This document shows positions 25,805 to 40,689 of a DNA stretch of 64,000 nucleotides, one piece after another (position 1 is the first letter of the stretch; each line of letters begins with the position of its first letter). A model generated the notes under the pieces. The model ran no database searches, was not told the origin of the DNA, and worked only from the letters and a program-made list of their open reading frames with translations. The position numbers and the translations under genes were made by a program. The stretch is from Octopus vulgaris (lineage: Eukaryota), in NCBI GenBank assembly GCA_951406725.2, contig OX597817.1:141546001-141610000 (forward strand), written 5' to 3'.

Positions 25805-25867
25805 TAATAAAACTCAGAGTTTCAGATGCCGGGGCTGAAGTCTGCTCCGGCATCTCATCAATTATTT
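25805..25867 (-). ncRNA. Hammerhead ribozyme-like motif (type I; core UUGAUGA variant)
   Basis: AAAUAA-UUGAUGA-GAUGCCGG..CCGGCAUC-U-GAAA-CUCUGAG-UU-UUAUUA. Confidence 0.6.
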
Positions 25868-25890
25868 TAGACAAAAGATAGCGTTTGTCT

Positions 25891-25951
25891 TAATAACAGA
25901 TGAGATGCCGGAGCAGACTTCAGCCCCGGCATCCGAAACTGAGTTTTATTA
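25891..25951 (+). ncRNA. Hammerhead ribozyme-like motif (type I; core CAGAUGA variant)
   Basis: UAAUAA-CAGAUGA-GAUGCCGG..CCGGCAUC-C-GAAA-CUGAG-UU-UUAUUA; stem I 6 bp, stem II 8 bp. Confidence 0.6.
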
Positions 25952-25969
25952 TGACAACCAACTAATTGT

Positions 25970-26068
<99 letters not shown>

Positions 26069-26622
26069 ATGTGTGTGTATGCGCGCGTGTATGTATGTGT
26101 ATAAATATGTCTGCGTATATTTATTAAATTTTTATCTAAAAATCTCGGAAACGCTGAAGGGGCCTTTGATTCCCTGTGATTAAAATAGATTGCCTTTGTA
26201 TACGTCTGGGTATATAAATATATAAATGGTGAGATATTCCTCACATTGCAGGAAAGCGAAATGTTGTAGTTTGTTAACCCTGAGATGACCGTTGAATACG
26301 TCTTTCAAAGAAGACGCATGAAGTCTTTAAAAGGACGTAACTTCCCTTTGTAAAGTATTGTGGTCGTTGATGTTTCTGAATTTCTTCCTGTCTTAGACAT
26401 AATACATCTTTATGTATATGTGCAGGGATACTCAGTGAGAGAGAGGGAGATACGAAGTGAAAAACACAAGGAGAAAGAGAGGGGGTGAAGGAGAGAGCGA
26501 AGGACAGGCCGAGGGAGTGAAGAGAAGGAGAGTGTAGGAGAAGGTAGAGAGGAGAGAAAATAAAAAGATATTTTGTCACAAAGATAGGGAGAAAATAGAG
26601 GCACTTAATGATAAACACAGAA

Positions 26623-26667
<45 letters not shown>

Positions 26668-27785
26668 GAGGGAGATTGAACGGAAGAGCGAGAGTGGGAA
26701 GATGTAGCGATAGGGTTGTGTGTGAAAGAGAGTGTGATAGTGGAAGGGAAAGGGAAAGAGAGCGATAGTGTGGAGATAGATACAGTGAGAGAGAAAGAGA
26801 GAGTGAATGAATGAGTGATGGCATACGAGAGAAGGAGAGAATAAGATAGTTTGTATCCTTATATTCGTTCTTTTTCCAATCATCTCTTTTAAATATAGCG
26901 AATATATTATTGGTTATGTTTTACAACCAGATTTTATTCCCTGCAGTAAATTATTGCGGCAAAAAAATTGATTGCAGCCGTTTTCCATAAGTTAACTTTT
27001 TTTTGCGTTTGTAGAATTAATATCCACTTGGAAGCTTGAGGATATTGTATATGTCTGCTAAAATATAAATCTGGCAAGTTGTCGAAAGAAAATATTCAAT
27101 TTAACAAAGAATATTTATTGATATTTTTTATGATTTGTCAGTTCCTGCTTTTGTTTTCTCTATGATCATCATTTTTTTTTCAAAAATGGTAATTCTATCT
27201 AGCAATTGAAATTACAAGGTTGTGTATAATTTCACATAACAAGATGAAGAACTATATTTCAATACAAATCACAAGATAGGCTACATGTTTCATAATTTTT
27301 GAATTTATGAAAAATTTGCAAGATTGGGGGCATTGTTAACTATCTTAAAAAATCTTAAATTTGGGAGCAAATAAAAAATCTAGGTACACACAATGTAAGA
27401 GGTCCATATAATCACCTTCTTAAAACTTAAATGAAAGTAATTGCTTTGAATAGAATACAAATTATTATTTTTTATTACATGAATGCAATAAAGTTTTCCT
27501 GCCCATCATATGACGTACAATTTTCTGTCAAATATATTTTATAATTTAAATATTTTAACATCTTTTAACAGAGGTATCTTATCTTTTATGCATGTATAAC
27601 GCAATACGATTAATATAATATCCTATAAATTACATAGACGTATATATATATATATATACACGCACACACATGTATAAGTCAATCTCTCTATACATTTCTC
27701 TTTCTCTCTCTCTCTCTTGCTCTCTCTCTCTCTTGCTCTCTCTCTCTCTTGCTCTCTCTCTCTCTGTATAGATATATGTATATAT

Positions 27786-27917
27786 ATTCTTTTATTCTTT
27801 TACTCTTTAACTTATTTCATGCTGGAGCACCGCCTTTAGGCAAGTCGACCTCGGCGGAATTTGAACTCAGAACGTAACGGCAGACGAAATACGGCTACGC
27901 ATTTCGCCCGGCGTGCT
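27786..27917 (-). mobile_element. Chimeric SINE fragment: family C head/body joined to family A tail
   Basis: catgctggagcaccgcctttag (A tail) runs directly into gcaagtcgacctcggcggaatttgaactcag (C). Confidence 0.8.
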
Positions 27918-30900
27918 ATCTGAAGACATTTGGCATTTATACTGTAATAGTTATTATCATTTCAATAGGCTCAGGAGCAGCAAATATCGTTGTTCCCTCT
28001 GCCCTCTCCAAACCTTATTTGTTACTAGAAACTAGATCTCGTTTTTGCGTTATGTCAAGAGTTTGCTGCTGTAAAATAGATTTTGCCGGTAAGAAAACGA
28101 CCAAATATTTTTGGAGAATGATATTGCTACAATCGATTTGGGACCATTGCTATTATCCCACATATTGTATAAATCAGTGCTGTTGTGTGTTGAGAAGCTG
28201 CGGGAAGCATTAACAACTTCATTTAAACCTGAAGCTTTCCGTGTTTTTCTTCATATTTTAATGAAGAAAGGCAAACATATTTGCATTTTCTATTCAGCTC
28301 TTAAAAAAAAAAAATTACATGAGTTTATTTTAAAGATGTGCTTGCAAAATGTTTGCTGTTTTAGAGGTGTTTGATTAAAAATTATTTAGTGGAACATATT
28401 GCATGAAATCAGGTATCAAATTTAACATTGACAAGAATGGACCAACAATGGTAGATACGTGTACTCAGTAAAATACCCATAAGCGTGCCACTACATGGTC
28501 AACAGTTATCTGAACTGAATGATCTAGAACGAAATATATCTCTAACTATGGCCCCGAGCAGGATATTTATCCCGAAGGATATGCAACAGAATGTTTTGTG
28601 TTACATTATGTCGAAATCTGATGATTTGTATAAGGTTTGGGTCAGATACTGTCTATACGGAAAGATAGGGACTTGGATTGTATTTGTTAGTGAAAGGTGT
28701 ATGAAGAATTAAGTGCGTCGATATATCAATTAACTTCTCTCTTGATGCAAACGTACCGCCATTTTAGCTAATGAATTCAGCTCCCTATCAGGTAATGCCA
28801 GGTGATATATTGCATGTTTATGTGGACTGAGAAGCCAAAAATTAGATTGATGAATATCCAACCTGGAATTAAGAATATATTCTTGATTAGTGAATTAATT
28901 TGGTGTTCCATAATGGAGGTTTTCACATCAGGCAGCTGAACAAAACTCTCTATATTTGCCTTCAAGCCAAATCTTCGATACTATTGCTGTTTGTCACAAT
29001 AACTTGAACTTTCTGTCGTTTGTGCTCGATAAACGCCATAAATTGGTATTTCTTCCCCCAAAATTATTCTCTACGTTTTGGAGTTCCACATTCGTTTAAT
29101 GCCTCATATTCTTATTTCTTTTTCATTTCACTTGTTCCAACCACGGTTATTTTTGCATTGGGCCCTGTAGCATTTATTTATTGACAGCTTACGTAGAGAA
29201 GACTTGCGCCCTTATATCTGTTGGGCCTCCGAAATACAGCCCAGGGTACCCACGTTTTAAGTCGGAACCGTACCTTAATATAAGTTCTTCCTTGGTGTAC
29301 ACACACAAATTTGCATTGTTTGTTAGATATTCATACAAAAGCTGTTTCATATCCTTAGATTTTTTAATTATTTCTACTCCAAAATAAATATTGGAATTTA
29401 GCTCGGATTGCAAATTTATAACTTCATTCTAAAATATGTAATTAGTAACAGACTTTATAATACTAATTTTATAGTAATATTTCTAATAATTTGTGATAAA
29501 TTTTTCCGTTTATTTTAAAAGTAAATTCCTTAATGTAACCCAAATACCGTTTACTAAAAATTCAACATATTGAGCAAGGGAGATAAGCAAAACCCAACAA
29601 GCCAACCGAGAACAAATCTGCGGCATTTGTTCATAGTTTCTCCTGCATTTCTCTCTGCTGTCAATTTTAATAAATTCTTGGATTTTGATACCAGTGCATT
29701 GTTGAAAACCTTTTCTATTGTGTATTCTGCAGTGATCAACAATTTTAACCAGAGAAATGAATGTATTTGCAAGTTCGGTATGTTTTTCAGCTGCTATATA
29801 ACTTCTGTATGGCTTATAACTGAATCTATTATTTCTCTCATTATGCTTTATTTTGCTGTTGTTATTCCTTCTAAAATTTTCTTACGTTCTATTGTTTGAC
29901 GCCATTTGCTTTCCAAATATGTTTGACTTTTGTTAAACATTGGGTTTTCGCCATCACCACGATGATTTATTTCTTTTCTTATTGTGACTTATTATTTGTA
30001 TTTGCTTCAAAGACAGAATTCTCTTGAGAAAAATATTCCCATATTAAGCAGACTTATCCGATATATCTGTCACATCATCTATTTTATATTTTTCTTTGGT
30101 TTCTAGAAAAAGGAAAAAGTTCACATTTTCATTTTTATGTTTTACCGCTTTATTTCTATTTTTACTGTATAAGCAGATATATTTCGGTTTTGGTAATTCT
30201 CTGTTCTACAATTTTGTTCCATTGTTTTTGTTGATATTATATAAAGAGTGCCTTATTCCATTATGATTCAAGTCTGTTTCCATCGATACAGCTATAACTT
30301 GTGAGAAAATTATATTATTCGCCATATGCTTATGTTTGCGTCTGTCAAAAATATTTTCTGAAGTGTCTCGATGTATATACTTTATTGTTTCCCGACTTCT
30401 GAAATTTCCCTTGTTACATGGTATTTACTTTTGTTGTCATCAGTTCGTTTACTAATTCCTGTAATTTTTGTTATATTTTTCTGGACATTATTTACCGTTG
30501 TCTTCGTCATGTTATTATCACATTTGTAGTTAGCATGCATTTGCTGTAACTAACAATAAGCATGGTGTTTATGCAAAGAGCATTTTTACTATTTCGTTTC
30601 GTTATTTTCATACCTGGTTTTTACTACACTTTCACAGATGCTTCATTTGTCACCAATTTTCATGTCAATACCATTCTGTGTCTCTTATTAAATCTTCAGA
30701 GTTTCCAATAAAGTGACAACACAACACTTTCCTTTTTGTTTACAATCGGTATTTAAATCCTTTAAAGATTTTATGCGTTTGCTTTGATGAAAATCAAACT
30801 AGAGGAAGTAAATTTTAATATTCTTCAAACATTTGGAAAAATTCTGGAACTGACAGTGAATATATTGTTAGTGGTGTTGTGAAAGTGTGTAATGGTTCAA

Positions 30901-30944
30901 AATATTAAAAAACGAGATTTAAACGTTTGCTTTTTTTCACCAGT

Positions 30945-31240
30945 TTTTAATCTTTTATCTTTTACATGCTTCAGTCCTTAGACAGCAGCCATGCTTCGTA
31001 CCATCTTGGAGAAATTTTATTCGGATGAATCGACCCCTGTACTATTACATCGGTCTCTTTTTCTCGAATCACTAACATGGAGGTAAAGAAACCAAATCCG
31101 GTTGTCAAGCGATGGTGGCGGACGAGCTCAAACACACACGCGACGAATTTCTTTCAGTTTCCGTCTACCAAATCTACTCATAATATTTTTGTCGGTTCGG
31201 GGCTAGAGTCAGAGACAGTTGCCCAAGGTACCATGCAATG
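30945..31240 (-). mobile_element. Old degraded SINE family A
   Basis: ccggttgtcaagcgatggtgg...tttcagtttccgtctaccaaat...gcccaaggt. Confidence 0.8.
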
Positions 31241-31545
31241 GGGGTAGATTTGATCGTTTTGACTCATTCCCAGTCTCACTGTGTAAATGGAAGAAAACCT
31301 GATTGGATCACAAATGTTTGTAAACGTTACAGAAAACCGTTTCTAAGAAATAAGCATGTAGAGGAATAAAAAGAGAGATAAACGATAGTAATAAATATTT
31401 TAGTTTATGAAAGAGAGATACAGACATACATACAGACAGACAGACAGAGACAGGCAGACACACAGACAGACACACAGACAGACAGAGAAGTGAGCTGCAG
31501 TCTTCTTTGTTTAGTTGTAGCAACAACGTTCTTACTCAGAATATA

Positions 31546-31736
31546 TTCTTTTATCCTTTTACTTGTTTCAGTCATTTGATTGCGGCCATGATGGAGCACC
31601 GCCATTAGCAAAGTAAGTCGACCCCGGGGCTTATTCTTTGCATGCCTAGTTCATCTTCTATCGGTCTATTCTGCCGAAACGCTATGTTACGGGGATGTGA
31701 ACACACCAGCATCGGTTGTCAAGCGATGGTGGGGGA

Positions 31737-31775
<39 letters not shown>

Positions 31776-31779
31776 ATAT

Positions 31780-31867
<88 letters not shown>

Positions 31868-32028
31868 GACGGGCTTCGTTCAGTTTCCGTTTACCAAATC
31901 CTCTCACAAAGTTTTGATCGACCCGAAGCTATAGAAGAAGACACTTGCCAAGGTGCCACGCAGTGGGACTGAACCCGGAACCATGACGTTGGTAAGCAAG
32001 ATACATACCAGACAGCCACACATGCGCC
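31546..32028 (-). mobile_element. SINE family A, full length
   Basis: Collinear with 12708-13187. Confidence 0.92.
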
Positions 32029-32552
32029 TAGATATTAATAAAATACAAATATGTCTGTGGAATAATGAATTCGGTCTTAACCTTTTAAGGTTATCGCCTG
32101 TCAATATGACACTTCCTGGAAAACATTTTAGAAACATTAAGATGTCCAAAGGAAGGAAAAATAAAGACGTGTGAAGAATTCTGATTTTATTTCATACAAA
32201 TATAAGACATGTCAATATGGCTGTCAGGAACAATGTTTGACGATACATAAAACACGATGTAATGTATTGTGCTCACATCAGCTGGAACATCCATCCGGAT
32301 GTGCAGCCGGAAAGGTGATGGGTATGATAACAAGTATAAACGAAAAAAGGGAAGACAAATGATGAATATGCAGGTAAATGAACTCATAATATAAAGGTGT
32401 AACAAAGTGAAGTAGCTATTACATTTTAATTTGAACATATACAGACACACACACACACATACACATACACGCAAGCACACACACATATACACACAAGCAC
32501 ACACAACACGCACACGCATATCCCCCCCCACATATATGTATGTAGATCGTCG

Positions 32553-32909
32553 TGGCACTCCGTTGGTTACGACGACGTGGGTTCCAGTTGATCCGATCAA
32601 CGGAACAGCCTGCTCCTGAAATTAATGTGCACTCCACAGACACGTGTAACCCTAACTTGGTTCTCGGGGAGATTCAGCGTGACACAGAGTGTGACAAGAC
32701 AGGTACTTTGAAATACAGGTACAACAGAAACAGGAAGAAAGAATGAGAGATAGTCGTGGTGAAAAAGTACAGCAGGGTTCGCTACCACCCCCTACCGGAG
32801 CCTCGTGGAGCTTTAGATGTTTTCGCTCAAAAAACACTCAAAGTCTGGGAATCGAAACCGCGATCCCCCGACCGCGAATCCCCAGCCCTAACCCCTGGAC
32901 CATTGTTCC
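32553..32909 (-). mobile_element. SINE family B (tail type 1)
   Basis: Collinear with 16403-16784. Confidence 0.9.
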
Positions 32910-32972
32910 ACACATATAGATATAAATGTATATGTATATATATGTGTATGTGTGTGCATGTGTGTGTGTGTG

Positions 32973-33012
<40 letters not shown>

Positions 33013-33307
33013 TGTTGTGATTGGCCTCTTCAAACAAACTTGCAAGCATGGTAGGGGTAAATTTTAGGAGTTGTTGGCAGACAGGTTTGGCTAACGTGAA
33101 TCAAGCTCCGTTTGGTGCTAAATTCGAAATCATAATATCAACTTAACCAGCATTACTTTTCCTGACCTAGCAGAGAAAAAAAAATTTCACTGGAATTTCT
33201 TCCTATCATGCTTGTACAAGCTTTGTAACTACTCCGTAGCACAGAAGTATTTTTGACTTCTAGTTTTAATGATGCAGTTGATCACATAGTACTCTTGCAT
33301 ATATACT

Positions 33308-33535
33308 ATTTTACTCTTTTACTCTTTTGCTTGCTTTAGTCATTTGACTGCTGCCATGCTGGAGCACCGCCTTTAGTCGAGCAAATCGATCCCAGGACTT
33401 ATACTTTTGTATGCTTAGTATATATTCTATCGGACTTTTTTGCCGAACCGCTGAGTTACGGGGACGTAAACACACCATCATCGGTTGTCAACCGATGTCG
33501 GGGGGATAAACACAGGCTCACAAACATATACACAA

Positions 33536-33626
<91 letters not shown>

Positions 33627-33710
33627 CGACGGGTTTCTTTCAGTTCCCGCCTACCAAATCCACTCACAAGGCTTTGGTCGGCCCGAGATACTTGTTCAAG
33701 GTGTCACATA
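33308..33710 (-). mobile_element. SINE family A lacking tRNA head
   Basis: Tail, internal (TA)n and CORE-like part are present; ends at ...aaggtgtcac. Confidence 0.88.
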
Positions 33711-33752
33711 TTGGCACTTGGGAGATAGATAAATAGATAGATAGATATGCAA

Positions 33753-33806
<54 letters not shown>

Positions 33807-33811
33807 TTGCA

Positions 33812-34286
<475 letters not shown>

Positions 34287-34305
34287 TATATATATATACA
34301 TATGT

Positions 34306-34616
34306 GGAGGCGCAATGGTCCAGTGGTTAGGGTAGCGGATTCGCGGTCGTAGGATCGCGGTTTCGAATCCCAGACCGGGCGTTGTGAGTGTTTATTGAGC
34401 GAAAACACCTAAAGTTCCACGAGTCTCCGGCAGTGGTTAGTGGCGATCCCTGCTGTACTCTTTCGCCACAACTTTCTCTCACTCTTTCTTCTGTTGGCCT
34501 GCTCGCTTAGCCAGCGGGATGGCGTCATTTGAAGGCTAAAACAATGCGAAGCGCATTGTGACCAGCGATGTGTTGCAACATCTGATAGCCTGGTCGGTCA
34601 CGGTAATCACGGTAAT
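34306..34616 (+). mobile_element. SINE family B head/body with tail type 2
   Basis: Matches the B head to ...ctctcactctttctt, then a distinct tail ending (cacggtaat)2. Confidence 0.9.
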
Positions 34617-35369
34617 ATATACATGTATGTATGTATTTATGTATGTATGTATATCTGCGTGTGTGTGTGAGTATGAGTTTGTAGCTTTTGGATAAACCAT
34701 TTGCAGAGACAAAAAAAGAAAAACATTGTCCAAAAGATTTCTCTTTAGAGTGTGAATAAAGTTTTGTTGAATATTTACTCTTTCTCATCAATAACGTATA
34801 ATACATTATACCGTATTTTAATATTTCGTGTCAGTTATAAATATTTCTAGGAAAAACTTGTTTTTATATTTTGAGATAATTGTATGTCATTGACATAACA
34901 TAATCACATTTAGATTAATTATATTACTTCTGGTAAGAATTGAAAACTTACTAAAAAATATGAAAATTGCTAAAGACAGATCGGTGGAGAAATTTAATGA
35001 ACACATTTGAAAACTATCACCATAGATCGCCGTTAATTTTGAATCAGGAAGTGAAGAGAATAAATTTAAATTGAAATATAAATTATATATCTTTAAAGCA
35101 ATTCTAATATATCTCCTTTGCTTGTGGTTGTAGGAGGCTTTTGCCTAGAAATTATATACTTCTTGCGGTCGATTATCATTTCAAACAAGTTTGTCTCTGC
35201 GTATGGGTGTTCAAGAATATGCGCAAGAGAAGAGCCCAATCCCTACACACAATAGATCTATCCATGTTTGTTTTAGCTTATTGATATAATGAATTCTCGA
35301 GATCAATTAATGAATGATTCCAAAGTAACCCGGCACAAGTTTGTACTTACAATAAAATGGTTGCTGTAA

Positions 35370-36140
35370 GGTGGCGAGCTTAGCGGTATTTTGTCTGCCG
35401 TTACGTTCTGAGTTCAAATTTCGCCGAGGTCGACTTTGCCTTTCATCCTTTCGGGGTCGATAAATTACGTACCAATTACGCACTGGGGTCGATATAATCG
35501 ACTTAATCCGTTTGTCTGTCCTTGTTTGTCCCCTCTATGTTTAGCACATTGTGGGTAGTAAAGAAATAGGTATTACATCTGCCGCTACATAGTGAGATCA
35601 AATTCCGCCGAGGTCGACTTTGCCTTTCATCCTTTCGGGATCGATTAAATAAGTACCAGTTACGCACTAGGGTAAATATAATCGACTTAATCCGTTTGTC
35701 TGTCCTTGTTTGTCCCCTCTGTGTGTAGCTTTTTGTAGGTAGTAAAGAAATAAGAAAACTTAGCATGCCGGGCGAAATGCTTTGCGGTATTTCGTCTGTC
35801 TTTACCTTCTGAGTTCAAATTCCGCCGAGGTTGACTTTGCCTTTCATCCTTTCGGAGTCGATAAATTAAATACCAGTTACGCACTGGGGTCGATATAATC
35901 GACCCAATCCGTCTGTCTGTCCTTGTTTGTCTCCTCAGTGTTTAGCCCCTAGTGGGTAGTAAAGAAATAGGTATTTCGTTTGTCTTTACCTTCTGAGTTC
36001 AAATTCTGCCGAGGTCGACTTTGCCTTTCATCCTTTCGGGGTCGATAAATTAAATATCAGTTTTGTTCTGGTGTCGATCTAATCAACTGGCTCCCCTTCC
36101 CCCAAAATCTCGAGTATTGTGCGTAGAGTAGAAAAAAAAA
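35370..36140 (+). mobile_element. Head-to-tail tetramer of SINE family C
   Basis: Four copies of gccgaggtcgactttgcctttcatcctttcggggtcgat; whole array flanked by aaatggttgctg (35355-35366 and 36143-36154). Confidence 0.93.
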
Positions 36141-37516
36141 TTAAATGGTTGCTGCGGATGGGGTGGTGGTGATATTTTGTGATCTTAAGTCTTTATTAAC
36201 TGTGAAAAACACCTTGAATGTAGGGAACAGCAACATAATTTGAACACACACCAAAGAAAGACATAAATTTACACACACACACACACACACACATACTGAC
36301 GATCATGTTATCCACGCACGGATCCACAGATATACAGGCACACGCTTAAGAACAGTCATACTTAGCATGGAAAGAATGTACGCTTCTTATGATCGTTTGT
36401 ACAGTAACTTGTCAAATATGGCTGCATAGCTGTGTGTCAGTCAACGCTATTTAGTGCGCATCAAGTTAACACATATTAATGTTTGCTTTTACGTATAGTT
36501 AAACATAAAAATCACATGAATGCTGATATACGGTGCTTTAATATGCCGTAAAGATTCCCGGCAAAATGAGAGAGTTTGATGAAGTCGACAGTAATTGAAA
36601 TGAGTGACTCGCATTCATTCTTCACTGTGGGAGTAGACGAGGACGAAGACGAAGAAACATATGCGCATATAATATGAAATACATATATATATATATATAT
36701 ACATATGTATATGCAGACACACACACGAACACACACAAACACCCAACACATGTACATACAAACACACACAGTCACTAGCACACACACACATAGTAAAAAA
36801 GCATCGTTGGATAGATTTCCGCCCAATGGTGAGTTGTAGTGAAAAGTATAAGTGAAATGGACATACATACATACACACACACACACACGCACACACAAAC
36901 ACAAACACACACATACACACACATACACACACACGAACACATACACACACAGAGACACACACACACATGTATATGAGAAGTATTGGTATCTAGAAGACCC
37001 AAGATGGCAGGTAAGGCTATGTGAGTGCTACGGAAGGACCGTAGTTAGACTCTCGGTTCGGTAACAATACGATTGAGGAGTCTAATGTGGGTCTTGATGA
37101 AGGGATATCCCTAATATCCCACAAACAGCTGTAAGACTACCTTTCTCTTTATAAATGTCCTATGTTTTATTGCTTATGAAAAGCTCAAAATGTTTAAACA
37201 GGTGATGATCAGTAGGAGAGATATCAGGGAAATAGGGAGGATGTTGCAAAATCTCATAATTCAGACTTTGCAAATTTTGGGCCGTAGCGTGAGGTGTGGT
37301 GAGGACGTGCAATGTCGCAAAATTGGGCCATCTCTATTCACTAGTCTGGGTTGCTTCTTTTTTCAAATTCTCATGCATACAATCAATTTCCTGGCAATAT
37401 GATTTTGCTGTTTATCATTTTCCCTTGTTGCATATGTTTGAGATATTTCTCAACATATGAAACTATTAGTCACACTTAAAGACATGTATTGTGTCTTTTA
37501 AATAATTTACACACAC

Positions 37517-37619
<103 letters not shown>

Positions 37620-37913
37620 ACAAACACACACATATATATTTCTAGTCTAAATTCTTATATACGTTTCAGCCTAAGGATGTAGCCATGCTGGAGCATCGCC
37701 AGTGTTATCATCTCTTCAATGGCCAATCTTATGTGATTGCCCTTCGGTGAAGGCGGGAGATCGGTACTGCTGCCTGTCTTTGAAAATTACAGTGTCGCCA
37801 AAACAATCGATATAAGAACAGTATATATTAATAAAATAACACTCAAATTTATAGAAAGATATCATGCATACATACATGTGTGTGGTAGTACGTATATATA
37901 TATATATATACAC

Positions 37914-37976
<63 letters not shown>

Positions 37977-38030
37977 CACATATATATATATACATGAATA
38001 CATGTATATACATATATATATATATTATAC

Positions 38031-38070
<40 letters not shown>

Positions 38071-38660
38071 CTGAATATGTTTTCTGTGTGAATGTGGTTG
38101 TACTTTAGCACAAGGAGAATCAAAATCTGAATAATGTACGGCATGCGATTATTTTAGAGTGAATAAAATATATTCAGAAGAACGCCTGACACATTGCCAT
38201 AAAAAATGGAAAGCCTTTGAAGTGTTCTATTTTTATAACGGAACATTTCAATTTGACATCAGCAGTTCCCTCTCTAATTCTTTATGTATATGTATTGCTC
38301 TCTCTCACTTTATGTATATGTTTATCTATATCTCCCTCTCCCCTCCCTGCCTCTGTCTCTCAGTTCACACACACACACACATACACACACACACACACAT
38401 ATATATATATATGAACGTGTGCGTGTTTGTGTGTTTGCCTATTTGTTTTTATGCATATATATATGTATGCGTGTATTTTGCTAAAATCTTCAAAAGCGAA
38501 ACTCTTGTTGTTGATTCTAGTGCGACGATGAGGAAATGTTACTTGTAATTTGCTTCCTCTGTCCACCGCAGACACTACATCCAATAACAACGAAATCCTT
38601 GCAGCTGCATTCTGAGGTATCCTGTTCCTCACCGATGACATCACAATACAATCTTTCCAG

Positions 38661-38722
38661 GGATATAACAACCAATGATTTCAAGGAAAGATTTACACAA
38701 CATTTGCACTCCTTTAAATCTC
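38661..38722 (+). pseudogene. Possible tiny GIY-YIG (Penelope-like) remnant; duplicate at ~43230-43291
   Basis: ITTNDFKERFTQHLHSFKS fits the T..FK.R...H..SF motif also seen at 24927-25290. Short match only. Confidence 0.4.
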
Positions 38723-39188
38723 CAAATGCCTCTCTCAATTTATCTGCGTCTACTAGCACCAAGGCATTGACTAACGCAATACTACACGCTTCATCCTTGA
38801 CAACGCCGCTTTTGACTCGCTATTAGACTGTTATTTCCAGTTCTGCCTTCATTAGAAACCGTTTACATTGCAGACGTCTATAATATCCAACAGATTAGGT
38901 AACAAGATTTATCGTTATGTTAGGTATTTTTACAAGAAAGCTCTACCGGTAACAAACGTATTTCTTCTAATTCATTGAATATTATTATTGTATTTGAAAA
39001 GGTGAATACTTCCAAAACATTAGTAAAAGAATGCTAAAAGGCGTCACCTCACAAATCTAGCGTAACTCTTCGTCTGCGTTCTTCAAACGTTTCTTTAAAA
39101 GTAAACATTAATCATATTATGCATATATACACATAGTTAATCATATTACGCATATATATACATCTCGGTGAGACCTAAGAGTATTGTA

Positions 39189-40300
<1,112 letters not shown>

Positions 40301-40561
40301 GAGTTACATATACACACACACGCACATGTATCTATCCAAATATCCATCTCGCCTCTCTCTTTCTCTGTCTCTCTGTCTCTCTCTGTCTGTCTCTCTCTCT
40401 CTATATATATATTTATATATATACATATATATATACATATACACATACACACACACATATATTTATACATGGATAGATACATATGTATATAAATGTATAT
40501 ATATATATGGATAGATATATGTGTATATGTATATATATATATATATATATGGATAGATACA

Positions 40562-40626
<65 letters not shown>

Positions 40627-40637
40627 GGATAGATACA

Positions 40638-40675
<38 letters not shown>

Positions 40676-40689
40676 CACATATACATATA

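Larger units (their letters stand above)
25786..25970. repeat. Long inverted repeat (arms ~90 bp, 8-nt loop at 25876-25883)
   Basis: gacaattagttggttgtcataataaaactcag...agacaaa / tttgtct...ctgagttttattatgacaaccaactaattgtc. Confidence 0.97.

Noticed and set aside
35370-36140. Regularly spaced repeats resembling a CRISPR array
   Set aside because: The intervening sequences are homologous to each other, units are ~200 bp SINE copies, there are no cas genes and the context is eukaryotic.
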